Under the pieces are notes generated by a model. The model was not told the origin of the DNA. It did not search any database and saw nothing but the letters and a program-made list of their open reading frames with translations. From a virus, in the IMG/VR virus record IMGVR_UViG_3300045988_133735: a stretch of DNA of 64,000 nucleotides. One strand, given 5' to 3'. Made by a program: the position numbers and the translations under genes. Below are positions 8,396 to 16,413 of this stretch, one piece after another; position 1 is the first letter of the stretch; every line of letters starts with the position of its first letter.

Positions 8396-8632
8396 ATGAG
8401 GGGACTTGCAAAAACAATGAATAATCCAGCAATACTTGATATCGCACTTGGTTTCGTTCTGCATAAACATAGCAAGGACGAATTTGGTCGTAAAAATAAT
8501 AAAACGCAAGCCATCCGTGAATTGTCTGACGAAGAACTTGCCGCACTCTTAAGCGAGCTTGTCGCACAGCAGGATAACTGCCCAAATACTGTGAGCGGAT
8601 GGAAAGAATGGCTCAGTGAAGAAATAAAATAA
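8396..8632 (+). CDS. hypothetical protein (true start may be ATG 8417)
   Basis: 78-aa ORF downstream of the promoter. A GAGGGGA RBS favours the MNNPAIL start. Confidence 0.45.
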   Translation: MRGLAKTMNNPAILDIALGFVLHKHSKDEFGRKNNKTQAIRELSDEELAALLSELVAQQDNCPNTVSGWKEWLSEEIK

Positions 8633-8641
8633 AATGCTAAA

Positions 8642-8681
8642 AAATGGGGTACTGGTCCAATTAAAGATCAATACCCCATTT
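8642..8681. terminator. bidirectional hairpin between convergent genes
   Basis: AAATGGGGTA (8642-8651) pairs with TACCCCATTT (8672-8681). T-runs follow on the + strand and A-runs precede it. Confidence 0.5.
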
Positions 8682-8685
8682 ATTT

Positions 8686-9438
8686 TTATTCTGCTATTGA
8701 GTCAAGAACTGCGTTTACAACATCTAAGTTTATCTGCCCGGGAGCACTCGAGTCTCCAACACTTGCAAAAGTCATTGCAGACCCAAATACTTCTCCACAC
8801 AATCGGCTGGCGACACCAAGCTTTCCCATACTGATTGTAATAATAGGAGTAGCAAAATATTTGTCTTTCATTTCAACCGTAGCGGCCAGTAAAGTCAACA
8901 CATCCGTGCTGTCGTGCGGCATAACTGCTACTTTTGGCAAATCAGCGCCAACCTGTTGCATTTTAACCATACGAGAAACGAGCTCATTTTTATCAGGCGT
9001 CTTTTGGAAATCGTGACTTGAACATACAACCACAACTCCAGAAGAATGTGCATTGTCTATCAGTTCACGAATATCATCTCCGGCTGTAAAGAACTCAATG
9101 TCAATAAGGTCAGCACAGTCCGCATCTATTATCATGTTGATGAAATCCAAATATTCTTGGTGAGTCAGAGACGCTTCTCCGCCTTCGTTTTCGGTGCGGA
9201 ACGTCACTAACAAAAGCTTGTCCTTTAATGCCACACGAAGTTTTTGCAAGCAAGACACCACAGAACGTGCATCAATGCATTGCTCAAACCAATCAACACG
9301 CCACTCCACACAGTCAATACGAAGCCTTGAAAACTCAAATGCGCGTTCTAAAATCTTTGACTCGGTTTTTTCAACGATTGGAATTATGACCTTGGGTCTA
9401 CCTTCGCCAATATGACAGCCACGAACAACAATAGACAT
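8686..9438 (-). CDS. aroD: type I 3-dehydroquinate dehydratase
   Basis: Full-length AroD-like sequence: KVIIPIV, DCVEWRVD, VVVCSSHDFQKTP, and the Schiff-base lysine context LPKVAVMP. AAGGAG RBS precedes ATG 9438. Confidence 0.8.
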   Translation of the reverse strand: MSIVVRGCHIGEGRPKVIIPIVEKTESKILERAFEFSRLRIDCVEWRVDWFEQCIDARSVVSCLQKLRVALKDKLLLVTFRTENEGGEASLTHQEYLDFINMIIDADCADLIDIEFFTAGDDIRELIDNAHSSGVVVVCSSHDFQKTPDKNELVSRMVKMQQVGADLPKVAVMPHDSTDVLTLLAATVEMKDKYFATPIITISMGKLGVASRLCGEVFGSAMTFASVGDSSAPGQINLDVVNAVLDSIAE

Positions 9439-9463
9439 GATATCACTCCTTGGAATAATAATA

Positions 9464-9733
9464 TCAATGTCCATTCGTATTGTCAACTAATTCAATATCG
9501 CTCGGTTCAACATAACCCGATACATTTACTGAAATTGGATACTTGCCAATGCGGCTCCCAAGGTTTGTCACTCGATAGCGACCATTGACTAGTTTTCCAT
9601 CATAGATAAACCATTCTCCCCGGCGGCGCATACCGCAGTGAGTCTGGCTGTTTGAAAATAATACTCCGTCTAATTTAATTTTGTCTCCTGCACGAAATGT
9701 ATTCTGGTTGCCTGCCATCAAAACGAACTCCAT
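9464..9733 (-). CDS. stand-alone SH3b-like cell-wall-binding protein
   Basis: GDKIKLDGVLFSNS...WFIYDGKLVNGRYRVTN...VSGYV resembles bacterial SH3 targeting domains. The start overlaps the endolysin stop; the alternative ATG at 9718 overlaps it as TGATG. Confidence 0.5.
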   Translation of the reverse strand: MEFVLMAGNQNTFRAGDKIKLDGVLFSNSQTHCGMRRRGEWFIYDGKLVNGRYRVTNLGSRIGKYPISVNVSGYVEPSDIELVDNTNGH

Positions 9734-10365
9734 GTTGCCATTCCGCAGATGCCGTCAGCCGCCAATCCATGTGCTTTCTGCCATTCTACCAGCTTAGCTT
9801 TTGTGCCAGCGCCAAAGATGCCATCTACCTTCAAACCTAAATGCCGTTGCAATACAGTCACAGCATAAGACACGCCGCCAGTGCAGTCCTTAGAGCCCTG
9901 ACGAATCGTGGGCATGATTTTACTCACGACCTGATATGCAGTACCACTTTTACTGACCCAACGGCTATGAGTCTCACGCACATCAACATGAACAAAGCCA
10001 CCCGTCACCTGTGCTCGACTATAATAGCCAATACCGCCATGTTTCTGGAAGTAGGGAAGGGAGGCCACGTACAGTGCAATACGAATTGGGTCAACACCAT
10101 TGATGTGAATATCCGCTGCTGTGCCCAGACAATGCTGACTGCGAGAACTGCCCCCGATTGAAATGTTATATGCAGGAGTACGGTAGGCAGAGCTGATTAG
10201 AACCGGCTTTCCAAAGTGGTCACGAATCTGCTGCAGAGTCTCTACCAGCTCAGTTGCCACCTTGAACTCATCGCTCCGGTCATTGCAAGCAAATTCATAG
10301 GCACAGAAGTTCTTGGACAGCTTCTTGTTCCAGTCCTTCTTCATAGAATATGTAATAATGCTCAT
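9718..10365 (-). CDS. endolysin: peptidase M15 (zinc D-Ala-D-Ala carboxypeptidase fold) plus PG_binding_1 domain
   Basis: SAYRTPAYN...SQHCLGTAADI...FVHVD carries the H-x6-D and H-x-D zinc ligands. The C-terminal LQRHLGLKVDGIFGAGTKAKLVEWQKAHGLAADGICG is a peptidoglycan-binding repeat. Confidence 0.85.
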   Translation of the reverse strand: MSIITYSMKKDWNKKLSKNFCAYEFACNDRSDEFKVATELVETLQQIRDHFGKPVLISSAYRTPAYNISIGGSSRSQHCLGTAADIHINGVDPIRIALYVASLPYFQKHGGIGYYSRAQVTGGFVHVDVRETHSRWVSKSGTAYQVVSKIMPTIRQGSKDCTGGVSYAVTVLQRHLGLKVDGIFGAGTKAKLVEWQKAHGLAADGICGMATWSSF

Positions 10366-10377
10366 AGAGCCACACCT

Positions 10378-10698
10378 TCAATCCTTCTTAAGTTCTGCAT
10401 TGATTTTCTCGTTCTGGATATCCATCTCCTTGACTGCGGCCTCAATCATCATCTCGATAGTGGGAGTAATCTTGATATTCATCTTCTCCAATGCAGCAAT
10501 AACATACTTCTTCTTGTCAGCTTTCTTGATTGCGCCGGTAACACCCAACTTCTCGGCGGCACGCACAGCCATCTGGACAATCTTATACATACCGATCTGC
10601 TTCAGGTAGGGGATGCCATAGGTCATAAATGCGGTGCCAGCAACAGTGATAACCAGCTTCACAATAACAGAGACGATCTCATTAACAATACTTGCCAT
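10378..10698 (-). CDS. holin (LL-H-type)
   Basis: 106 aa: an N-terminal TM segment then the charged tail KKADKKKYVIAALEKMNIKITP...MIEAAV, typical of the LL-H holin family. AGGAGG RBS before ATG 10698. Adjacent to the endolysin. Confidence 0.7.
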   Translation of the reverse strand: MASIVNEIVSVIVKLVITVAGTAFMTYGIPYLKQIGMYKIVQMAVRAAEKLGVTGAIKKADKKKYVIAALEKMNIKITPTIEMMIEAAVKEMDIQNEKINAELKKD

Positions 10699-10758
10699 AG
10701 TAATACCTCCTGTTTTGAATAAAAAATAAAGCCCGGCACACACGTACCGAGCTATGTA

Positions 10759-11265
10759 TTAAATGTCTTTTAGATTTTGTCCGTCAATCAGGTAACTTTC
10801 AAGAGCAGCCTTAGCTTCCTTCATGGGGTCGATAGCATTACCATCAATACCGTGACTGAGTAGAGCCAGTAGGGCTTTCATCATAACATTGATACCATGT
10901 TCACTCTTATTTACACGCTGTTCCACGCCAGCGATTTTTCGTCCATGGTCTTCAACTACAATGTCCTGTTCCTTCTGGTGCTCTTCAATAGACAAAAGCT
11001 TGGAGCGATATAAATCCAAAACCTCTTTATCATTCTTGAGCTTGCGGTCGATATCTTCCAAATGCTTATCGTGTTCAATCAACTTCAGGTTCTGTTTCGT
11101 GTCGGGCTCTTTTACCTTCTTGATTGCATTTACAATAACAACAACAGCAGCTGAAATAGCCGTAATGCCACCAGCAATACTTAAAATCATTTTCCAAAGC
11201 TGTTCTATTGTAAAGCTGATAACACCCGGAGCATGAGTTGGTGCGGCAGTCAACAAACCAATCAT
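10759..11265 (-). CDS. membrane-anchored coiled-coil protein (possible lysis accessory, XhlA-like)
   Basis: One TM segment (ILSIAGGITAISAAVVVIV) followed by a long charged coiled coil. GAGGTGA RBS before ATG 11265. Located in the lysis module. Confidence 0.45.
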   Translation of the reverse strand: MIGLLTAAPTHAPGVISFTIEQLWKMILSIAGGITAISAAVVVIVNAIKKVKEPDTKQNLKLIEHDKHLEDIDRKLKNDKEVLDLYRSKLLSIEEHQKEQDIVVEDHGRKIAGVEQRVNKSEHGINVMMKALLALLSHGIDGNAIDPMKEAKAALESYLIDGQNLKDI

Positions 11266-11285
11266 TTCATCACCTCGATTCTGTA

Positions 11286-11314
11286 TTGACAAAAAATTCA
11301 CACTATGATAAAAT
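11286..11314 (+). promoter_or_regulatory. near-consensus sigma-A promoter on the strand opposite the late genes
   Basis: TTGACA (11286-11291), 17-nt spacer, TAAAAT (11309-11314). Confidence 0.55.
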
Positions 11315-11320
11315 AGGTAT

Positions 11321-11418
11321 GTCAAAAATTCATCGAGCGAATTTATGACGTCCTATCTTTGTATAGGTGTGTGGCGGGAGAGCTCTGGGTGTAACAGCCC
11401 GGGGCTCTTTCTGTTTTT
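11321..11418 (+). ncRNA. candidate ~100-nt small RNA (promoter to intrinsic terminator)
   Basis: Bounded by the promoter above and the terminator at 11379-11418. No RBS-preceded ORF inside. Lies in the only sizeable gap of the lysis module. Confidence 0.35.
11379..11418 (+). terminator. rho-independent terminator (strand-specific)
   Basis: AGAGCTCTGGG (11379-11389) pairs with CCCGGGGCTCT (11398-11408), followed by TTCTGTTTTT. The two non-Watson-Crick positions are G-U on the + strand but C-A on the - strand. Confidence 0.6.
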
Positions 11419-11437
11419 ACATATACTTTTAGTTTGT

Positions 11438-11896
11438 TTACTGCTTCGGCTTACATACCTTACACCAGTGATAGTGCGGCTTGTCCTCGTGAAACATGAT
11501 ATAGCGCATCCAGTCATCTACATAAATGCACAACAAGGCAAGGAAAAACCATAGTACAGTAAATGGCAGACAGATTTGACCAAGCAGATTGAATGGCATG
11601 GAAGAGTAGTCCCAGATGTGTAATCCCATCATCAGATTCAATGGAATGCCGACAACAAGCTCCATACCAGTCACAAATAACGCACCGACAAAACCCTGTT
11701 CCCACATGGGCATTTCCCACGGAATATAATTGTTCAACCCACCAATGACCACAAAGCAAATGCCGCCTACTACAGCCATAGTCCAGTGTGAGTGACCACG
11801 CCATAAAATCTCGATGCAATAATAAAGCGCTCCTCCTATCAAAAATAGAAGCGCACATTTCAATAATTCTTTATACTTCTTTACGATTTTGCTCAT
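11438..11896 (-). CDS. polytopic membrane protein (CmpB / 'putative ABC-transporter type IV' family-like)
   Basis: Four to five TM segments and the motif CIEILWRGHSHWTM..GG that I associate with Pfam PF06541. Confidence 0.5.
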   Translation of the reverse strand: MSKIVKKYKELLKCALLFLIGGALYYCIEILWRGHSHWTMAVVGGICFVVIGGLNNYIPWEMPMWEQGFVGALFVTGMELVVGIPLNLMMGLHIWDYSSMPFNLLGQICLPFTVLWFFLALLCIYVDDWMRYIMFHEDKPHYHWCKVCKPKQ

Positions 11897-12513
11897 TCAG
11901 CGGCCTCCTTCTGCCCGGCGGTCTCAAGATATTGCTTCAGAACAGGGTCGTAGTTGATTTCAATTGCGTTCAGCTCTTCCATTGTAGTACAAGCCTTGAT
12001 AGCAATTTCTAATTCCTGCTGACGCGATACAAAGGGTTTTACATATGTACCGATTGCCAATGCAAGTGCAGCCAGTTCTTCATAAGTCCATTCTACACAT
12101 TCGTCGCCGGTTGAGTTCCATGTCAGCTTGAACGGTTGCCCGGCGGATGCAGAAATTTGATACAGCGCCAAATTCGAAGTCAACAATGCCTGTTTTTCAC
12201 TGGTAACACTGTAGTACTTTCCATCGGACCATTGAAGCGGATGCGAGGCTAGATATGCGGAGAGAGCAGTCTTAGACTCAGAAATTTTATTGTTTTTGAT
12301 TGGTTCCAAACTTTGTTCTTCACTTGGAACAGTTCCGTCCGATACGACTTCGTAGCAATCTTCTTGTTCCTTAACAGTCCACAATTCTTCACCCGGTTTT
12401 GCTGCGGCATTGTGATTACTCAGTTCTTCAACCATTGATGAATACAACTCACACTCTTCTGTCGTAATTATTGGTTTAGATATCTGATATCCAATTTTTA
12501 TTTTTTGATTCAA
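11893..12513 (-). CDS. tail-fibre-associated protein (DUF4376-like C-terminal domain)
   Basis: The C-terminal half (LTSNLALYQ...EWTYEELAALALAIGTYVKPFVSRQQELE) resembles the DUF4376 domain found downstream of fibre genes. Directly follows the fibre gene. Confidence 0.45.
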   Translation of the reverse strand: MNQKIKIGYQISKPIITTEECELYSSMVEELSNHNAAAKPGEELWTVKEQEDCYEVVSDGTVPSEEQSLEPIKNNKISESKTALSAYLASHPLQWSDGKYYSVTSEKQALLTSNLALYQISASAGQPFKLTWNSTGDECVEWTYEELAALALAIGTYVKPFVSRQQELEIAIKACTTMEELNAIEINYDPVLKQYLETAGQKEAAE

Positions 12514-12524
12514 TTGTATTCACC

Positions 12525-15500
12525 TCATTTCCATCGACCAATTGCAATATAAGAGTTTTCATATCCACTCCATTCAACACCAACTGTAAAACCAGTAGTC
12601 GTTCTATTATCTATGTTCAACCAACAATAGCCGCCACTAAAGGCTATAGCATAATTTATATCAGCAAACGGAAGTAAGAAAGTTCTGTTTCGAGTCCTTT
12701 TCATTGTAAACCAGCAAATCTGTACTCCGTTACCAAAACGAACTGCACCAAAATAACCATCGGTAGTAACCTTTGTTTGGAAATCGACAGTACCATTTCC
12801 CGCCGTCGTGGCATAATTCACATTGAAATTGCTCGGATTGTATACATACATATCACCAGAGTCATTGCCGCCCCATAGCCATGTGGGTTGACCTTTCTGA
12901 CCAGACCAGTGGAACTTCATATATTTATCATCATTATTCAAACACTGGGCATTTGTAGCCAATCCCGCACTCGTAGCATAATTCACACTTTTATTTTTGT
13001 CCGCAGTATTATCTACGTTACCAAGCCCAACCTCAGCCTTGGTGTAGCTTGGTTTTGTAGCTGCTTTAGCCCATGCATATACATCACTTGCAGGCATAGA
13101 ACTTGGAAAATCCGTTATTTGAGACTTTGTATGCTTATGTGAAGTAGGTGCTTTACCATCAACTAATGCTTTCAAAGCTTTACCCTGTGCCGCACTAAGG
13201 CTCTGATCTGTACTATCACTTGTCAAATTATTCTGGATTCCGCGCCATGTGTTTGTATCAGTAAACTTAGCATCCGCTGGGACACTCTTGGCGATTGTGT
13301 ACCCGATTGCAACGGGCTTACCACCAGAGAAGTAGACGGGTTGATTATTGGAGCCAGCATTAGAGGAAAGCTTTGTAGCTGTTGTAGCGTTTGTTGCATT
13401 CGTTGCGTTCGTGGCATTTGTAGCGTTCGTGGCATTGCCCGCCCTATTAGCGTAATTAACAGACTGACTGCCGATAGTAGCACTTGTAATGATAGTACCG
13501 GCTTGAGCGGGGAGATAGACTTGTTCAGTGCTGTTATTGCCAGCATTATAGTTCGCGTCAGTTGAATAATTGAAAATCAGGTTCTCATTGCCGCCAAGGT
13601 TACCCATAGTCCAGTAACCGTTCTTTGTCGCCATAGCAGCAACGGCACCATAAGAATTATCACCCGCATAGCTACTCTTTACTGCAGCGCGGTCCCTATC
13701 ACCAATCCAAGAGCCGCCAGTGGATTTTGTAATTTGACCACTCATCGTACCACCGATAAGAGGTAGATAATTCCCCAAACCAATCCAACTTTTCAGAACA
13801 TCCTTGGACACATCTTTGATTTTTGTGCCATTGTCTGTATAGCCTGCAATATGAGTTAAATTTTCTGAAGTCAAGCCAGCGCCAGCGAAACCAATTTGGA
13901 TAGTTCTATTAGCGTCGTTGTAGTCTTTTACACCGTTGGAGGTTGTCGCGCTATCAGCAGTACCGGAACTTGTGGCGTACTTGACCGATTTGTTTGCGTC
14001 GGCCGTGTTATCCACATTGCTAAGACCTACTTGTGCTTTTGTATGAGTATGTGAAGCTTTTGCAAAAGTTCCTGTTGACATCGCCTTTATCTTCTTGCCA
14101 TCGGACGACCAAGCTGCGAGCCATGAACTACTGTTTAAATCAACAGAACCGCTCCATTCGGGTGCCACTCCATTTGCACTTCCTGCATTCGTTGCATAAT
14201 CAGCTGAGCTTGCATGGTCGGCGTTTGGGTGGTAGTTTTCAGTATAAAGTCGATTCCATCCATTCCATTCCGTTGAGCCATTTCTCCAATAAACGCCGGT
14301 GTTGTTGAATGCTAATTCGTGTGAATTACCACCAGACGAATCATTCCATCCACGAAGACCTAATAGGTACGAATATGTATCAGAAGACGGAGAGTTGATT
14401 TTGCTATTATCTTTTAATCCTTGGAAAATGAACGTATTTCTATAATCATTCGGCGTTGTGTTAGTATTTCGGTTGTCTGCTACCGTTGTGATACTATAAT
14501 GAGAATGATTTGAATTTGCTTTTCCGCTTAATTTCGAGTCGATCTCACTTTCCGTGTAATAACGATCATCGTGGGTATGCCCAGTATTTGATTTACCATC
14601 AAGTTTAGCATTTATCTCCGTCTCGGTATAATAGCGATCGTCGTGAGTGTGCGCTGAAGGAGTATAGGTAGATGGTTTACCTGTGATAGAAGCAAAAGAA
14701 TGAGTGTGTCCAGCAGTTGCATAATCTCCACTATTCTTAGTCACAATCGTGCCAAATCTACCACGGTCACAGTATTGCAGATTAGAACTTCCACTACCGC
14801 TAAAAGCACCATTCCAGAACGCCATGAAAGCCATTGTAGGGACGTAACCATCGTCGGTGGATTGATTTTGCCAGTCGGAATGTCCTACAGCGGACAGGCT
14901 CTGAACTTTCTTGTAGGCAGATGCTCCTAAATCTAGCCAACTTTGTAACACACCCTTTGAGACGTCTTTGATTACCGTCTGGTTGCCGTCTTTTGCGTAC
15001 CCAGCAATATGCGTTAAGTTGTCCTTTGTCAAGCCAGCACCATTAAATCCGACTTTTATAGTTGCGCCAGCAGCATTCCCATAATCTACAATGCCGGTAG
15101 AACTACCATTAAACTTTGTCGCAGTCACCTGAGCTGGAAAGTGTACGTTTTGATTTGCGTCCCAATTATAAATATGGTCTTTTTCCATCATACTATTAGG
15201 TACACCCCATGCGCTTGGTCCGTACATACGAATATCCATTACGCTAACAGAACCTTTGCCATCTGCTTTATTCTTGAACGTAAAGCGATAAGCATAAGCA
15301 TTGCTTGTTTGCGTTGAGCCGCCGCCAAAAGTTCCACCACTAAATCTAATTTCATTTGGACCACTCCAACCAGAAATTGGAACGTCTGTGCGAACGTCTG
15401 TAAAAGTTTCCTTGGCACCAATAGTAGAACGCGAAATATTCACAGTTGCTGATGTACCAGCAACAGATACCCAAAGATAAAGCATATTTACAGACGCATA

Positions 15501-16382
15501 TCTGTCAACCGGTGTGACCGTAACTCTAAGCTGATCTTTTGTTGTACACTCGTCTGCTTTTGTATGCTTGCCAGTATAAAATGAAGCAGCAGAACCCATC
15601 CGCATTGCAAATAGTGATGCTTTTTGAGCGTCGTTGGCACCATAATCAACCCATGTTGTACCACCATCAACAGAATATTCAACCTTAACGCCAGATGCCG
15701 GTAAAAATGCAAGACGGTTTGCACGTAAAACATCGATGTGAGCAGATTCAATAGGACCAGCATAACCGGAATAGTTCACATTGCCGCCATAAATTTCCGA
15801 AGTTGGATGGGCATGATCTGCGATAGCAAACTGGTTTTTATTGACAGCCCTCAGCTCATATCCATTCCAGCCTGCAAGCCAACTGTAATCTCCATAATTC
15901 ATACCGTCTTTTGAGTAGGCAAATGTAGTAGGTTTATTACTTCCAATATCATTCACATTTTTATGCGTATGATCTGTATTGCTTTTCCCGGCGAGTTTGG
16001 TATTCATCTCGGCCTCGGTATAATACCTGTCGTCATGGGCGTGTCCACTCGCCGCGTAACTACCCTTTGGCTGATATACTCCATCTGCTTTACCTTTGAT
16101 GTAGCTCCATATCGTAGAAAACTTTACGCGACCAAAACTGTTTCCTCCTCCTGTATCTTGCCGCATAAAATAGGTGTCATCAGTAGGAGTGGCAGTCCAG
16201 ACAGAGAGCTTTGAAAGCAGTCCATTTGCTCCAGCTTCGTTATTGTTCACCTTGCTGTTCAGCTTACCATCCATCTCGGATTCCGTATAATACCTATCAT
16301 CGTGGCTGTGGCTCTTCGGAGCGAACTTTTCTTTCAGCTTGCCCCACAGATACTGTAAACCAGCATAATCTAAATATCCCAT
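12525..16382 (-). CDS. tail fibre (1285 aa) with HxH-DDRYYTE repeats
   Basis: At least five copies of (S/T)H(S/A/T)HDDRYYTE(S/T/A)E(M/I)..KL.GK. Two copies of VGLxNVDNTAD.NKSV.YATS. Its N-terminus MGYLDYAGLQYLWGKLKEKF is shared with the next fibre gene. Confidence 0.8.
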   Translation of the reverse strand: MGYLDYAGLQYLWGKLKEKFAPKSHSHDDRYYTESEMDGKLNSKVNNNEAGANGLLSKLSVWTATPTDDTYFMRQDTGGGNSFGRVKFSTIWSYIKGKADGVYQPKGSYAASGHAHDDRYYTEAEMNTKLAGKSNTDHTHKNVNDIGSNKPTTFAYSKDGMNYGDYSWLAGWNGYELRAVNKNQFAIADHAHPTSEIYGGNVNYSGYAGPIESAHIDVLRANRLAFLPASGVKVEYSVDGGTTWVDYGANDAQKASLFAMRMGSAASFYTGKHTKADECTTKDQLRVTVTPVDRYASVNMLYLWVSVAGTSATVNISRSTIGAKETFTDVRTDVPISGWSGPNEIRFSGGTFGGGSTQTSNAYAYRFTFKNKADGKGSVSVMDIRMYGPSAWGVPNSMMEKDHIYNWDANQNVHFPAQVTATKFNGSSTGIVDYGNAAGATIKVGFNGAGLTKDNLTHIAGYAKDGNQTVIKDVSKGVLQSWLDLGASAYKKVQSLSAVGHSDWQNQSTDDGYVPTMAFMAFWNGAFSGSGSSNLQYCDRGRFGTIVTKNSGDYATAGHTHSFASITGKPSTYTPSAHTHDDRYYTETEINAKLDGKSNTGHTHDDRYYTESEIDSKLSGKANSNHSHYSITTVADNRNTNTTPNDYRNTFIFQGLKDNSKINSPSSDTYSYLLGLRGWNDSSGGNSHELAFNNTGVYWRNGSTEWNGWNRLYTENYHPNADHASSADYATNAGSANGVAPEWSGSVDLNSSSWLAAWSSDGKKIKAMSTGTFAKASHTHTKAQVGLSNVDNTADANKSVKYATSSGTADSATTSNGVKDYNDANRTIQIGFAGAGLTSENLTHIAGYTDNGTKIKDVSKDVLKSWIGLGNYLPLIGGTMSGQITKSTGGSWIGDRDRAAVKSSYAGDNSYGAVAAMATKNGYWTMGNLGGNENLIFNYSTDANYNAGNNSTEQVYLPAQAGTIITSATIGSQSVNYANRAGNATNATNATNATNATNATTATKLSSNAGSNNQPVYFSGGKPVAIGYTIAKSVPADAKFTDTNTWRGIQNNLTSDSTDQSLSAAQGKALKALVDGKAPTSHKHTKSQITDFPSSMPASDVYAWAKAATKPSYTKAEVGLGNVDNTADKNKSVNYATSAGLATNAQCLNNDDKYMKFHWSGQKGQPTWLWGGNDSGDMYVYNPSNFNVNYATTAGNGTVDFQTKVTTDGYFGAVRFGNGVQICWFTMKRTRNRTFLLPFADINYAIAFSGGYCWLNIDNRTTTGFTVGVEWSGYENSYIAIGRWK
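13383..13436 (-). repeat. imperfect 9-bp tandem repeat x6 encoding (Asn-Ala-Thr)6
   Basis: Minus strand reads AAT GCC ACG / AAC GCT ACA / AAT GCC ACG / AAC GCA ACG / AAT GCA ACA / AAC GCT ACA. Confidence 0.9.
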
Positions 16383-16413
16383 AATCGACCTCCTGTCTCA
16401 GTAAAAACTGAAA

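Noticed and set aside
8686-9486. aroD as host DNA marking a prophage boundary
   Set aside because: Phage genes flank it on both sides on the same strand with tight spacing. Both attP arms are intact 2 kb away, so no phage-host junction lies here.
11345-11554. 69-aa + strand ORF in the lysis-module gap
   Set aside because: It has no RBS. It runs straight through the intrinsic terminator and then antisense into the membrane protein gene.
13383-13436. The 9-bp tandem repeat as a CRISPR-like or regulatory array
   Set aside because: It has no spacers and lies in frame inside the fibre gene, where it encodes (NAT)6. No CRISPR array is seen anywhere in the window.
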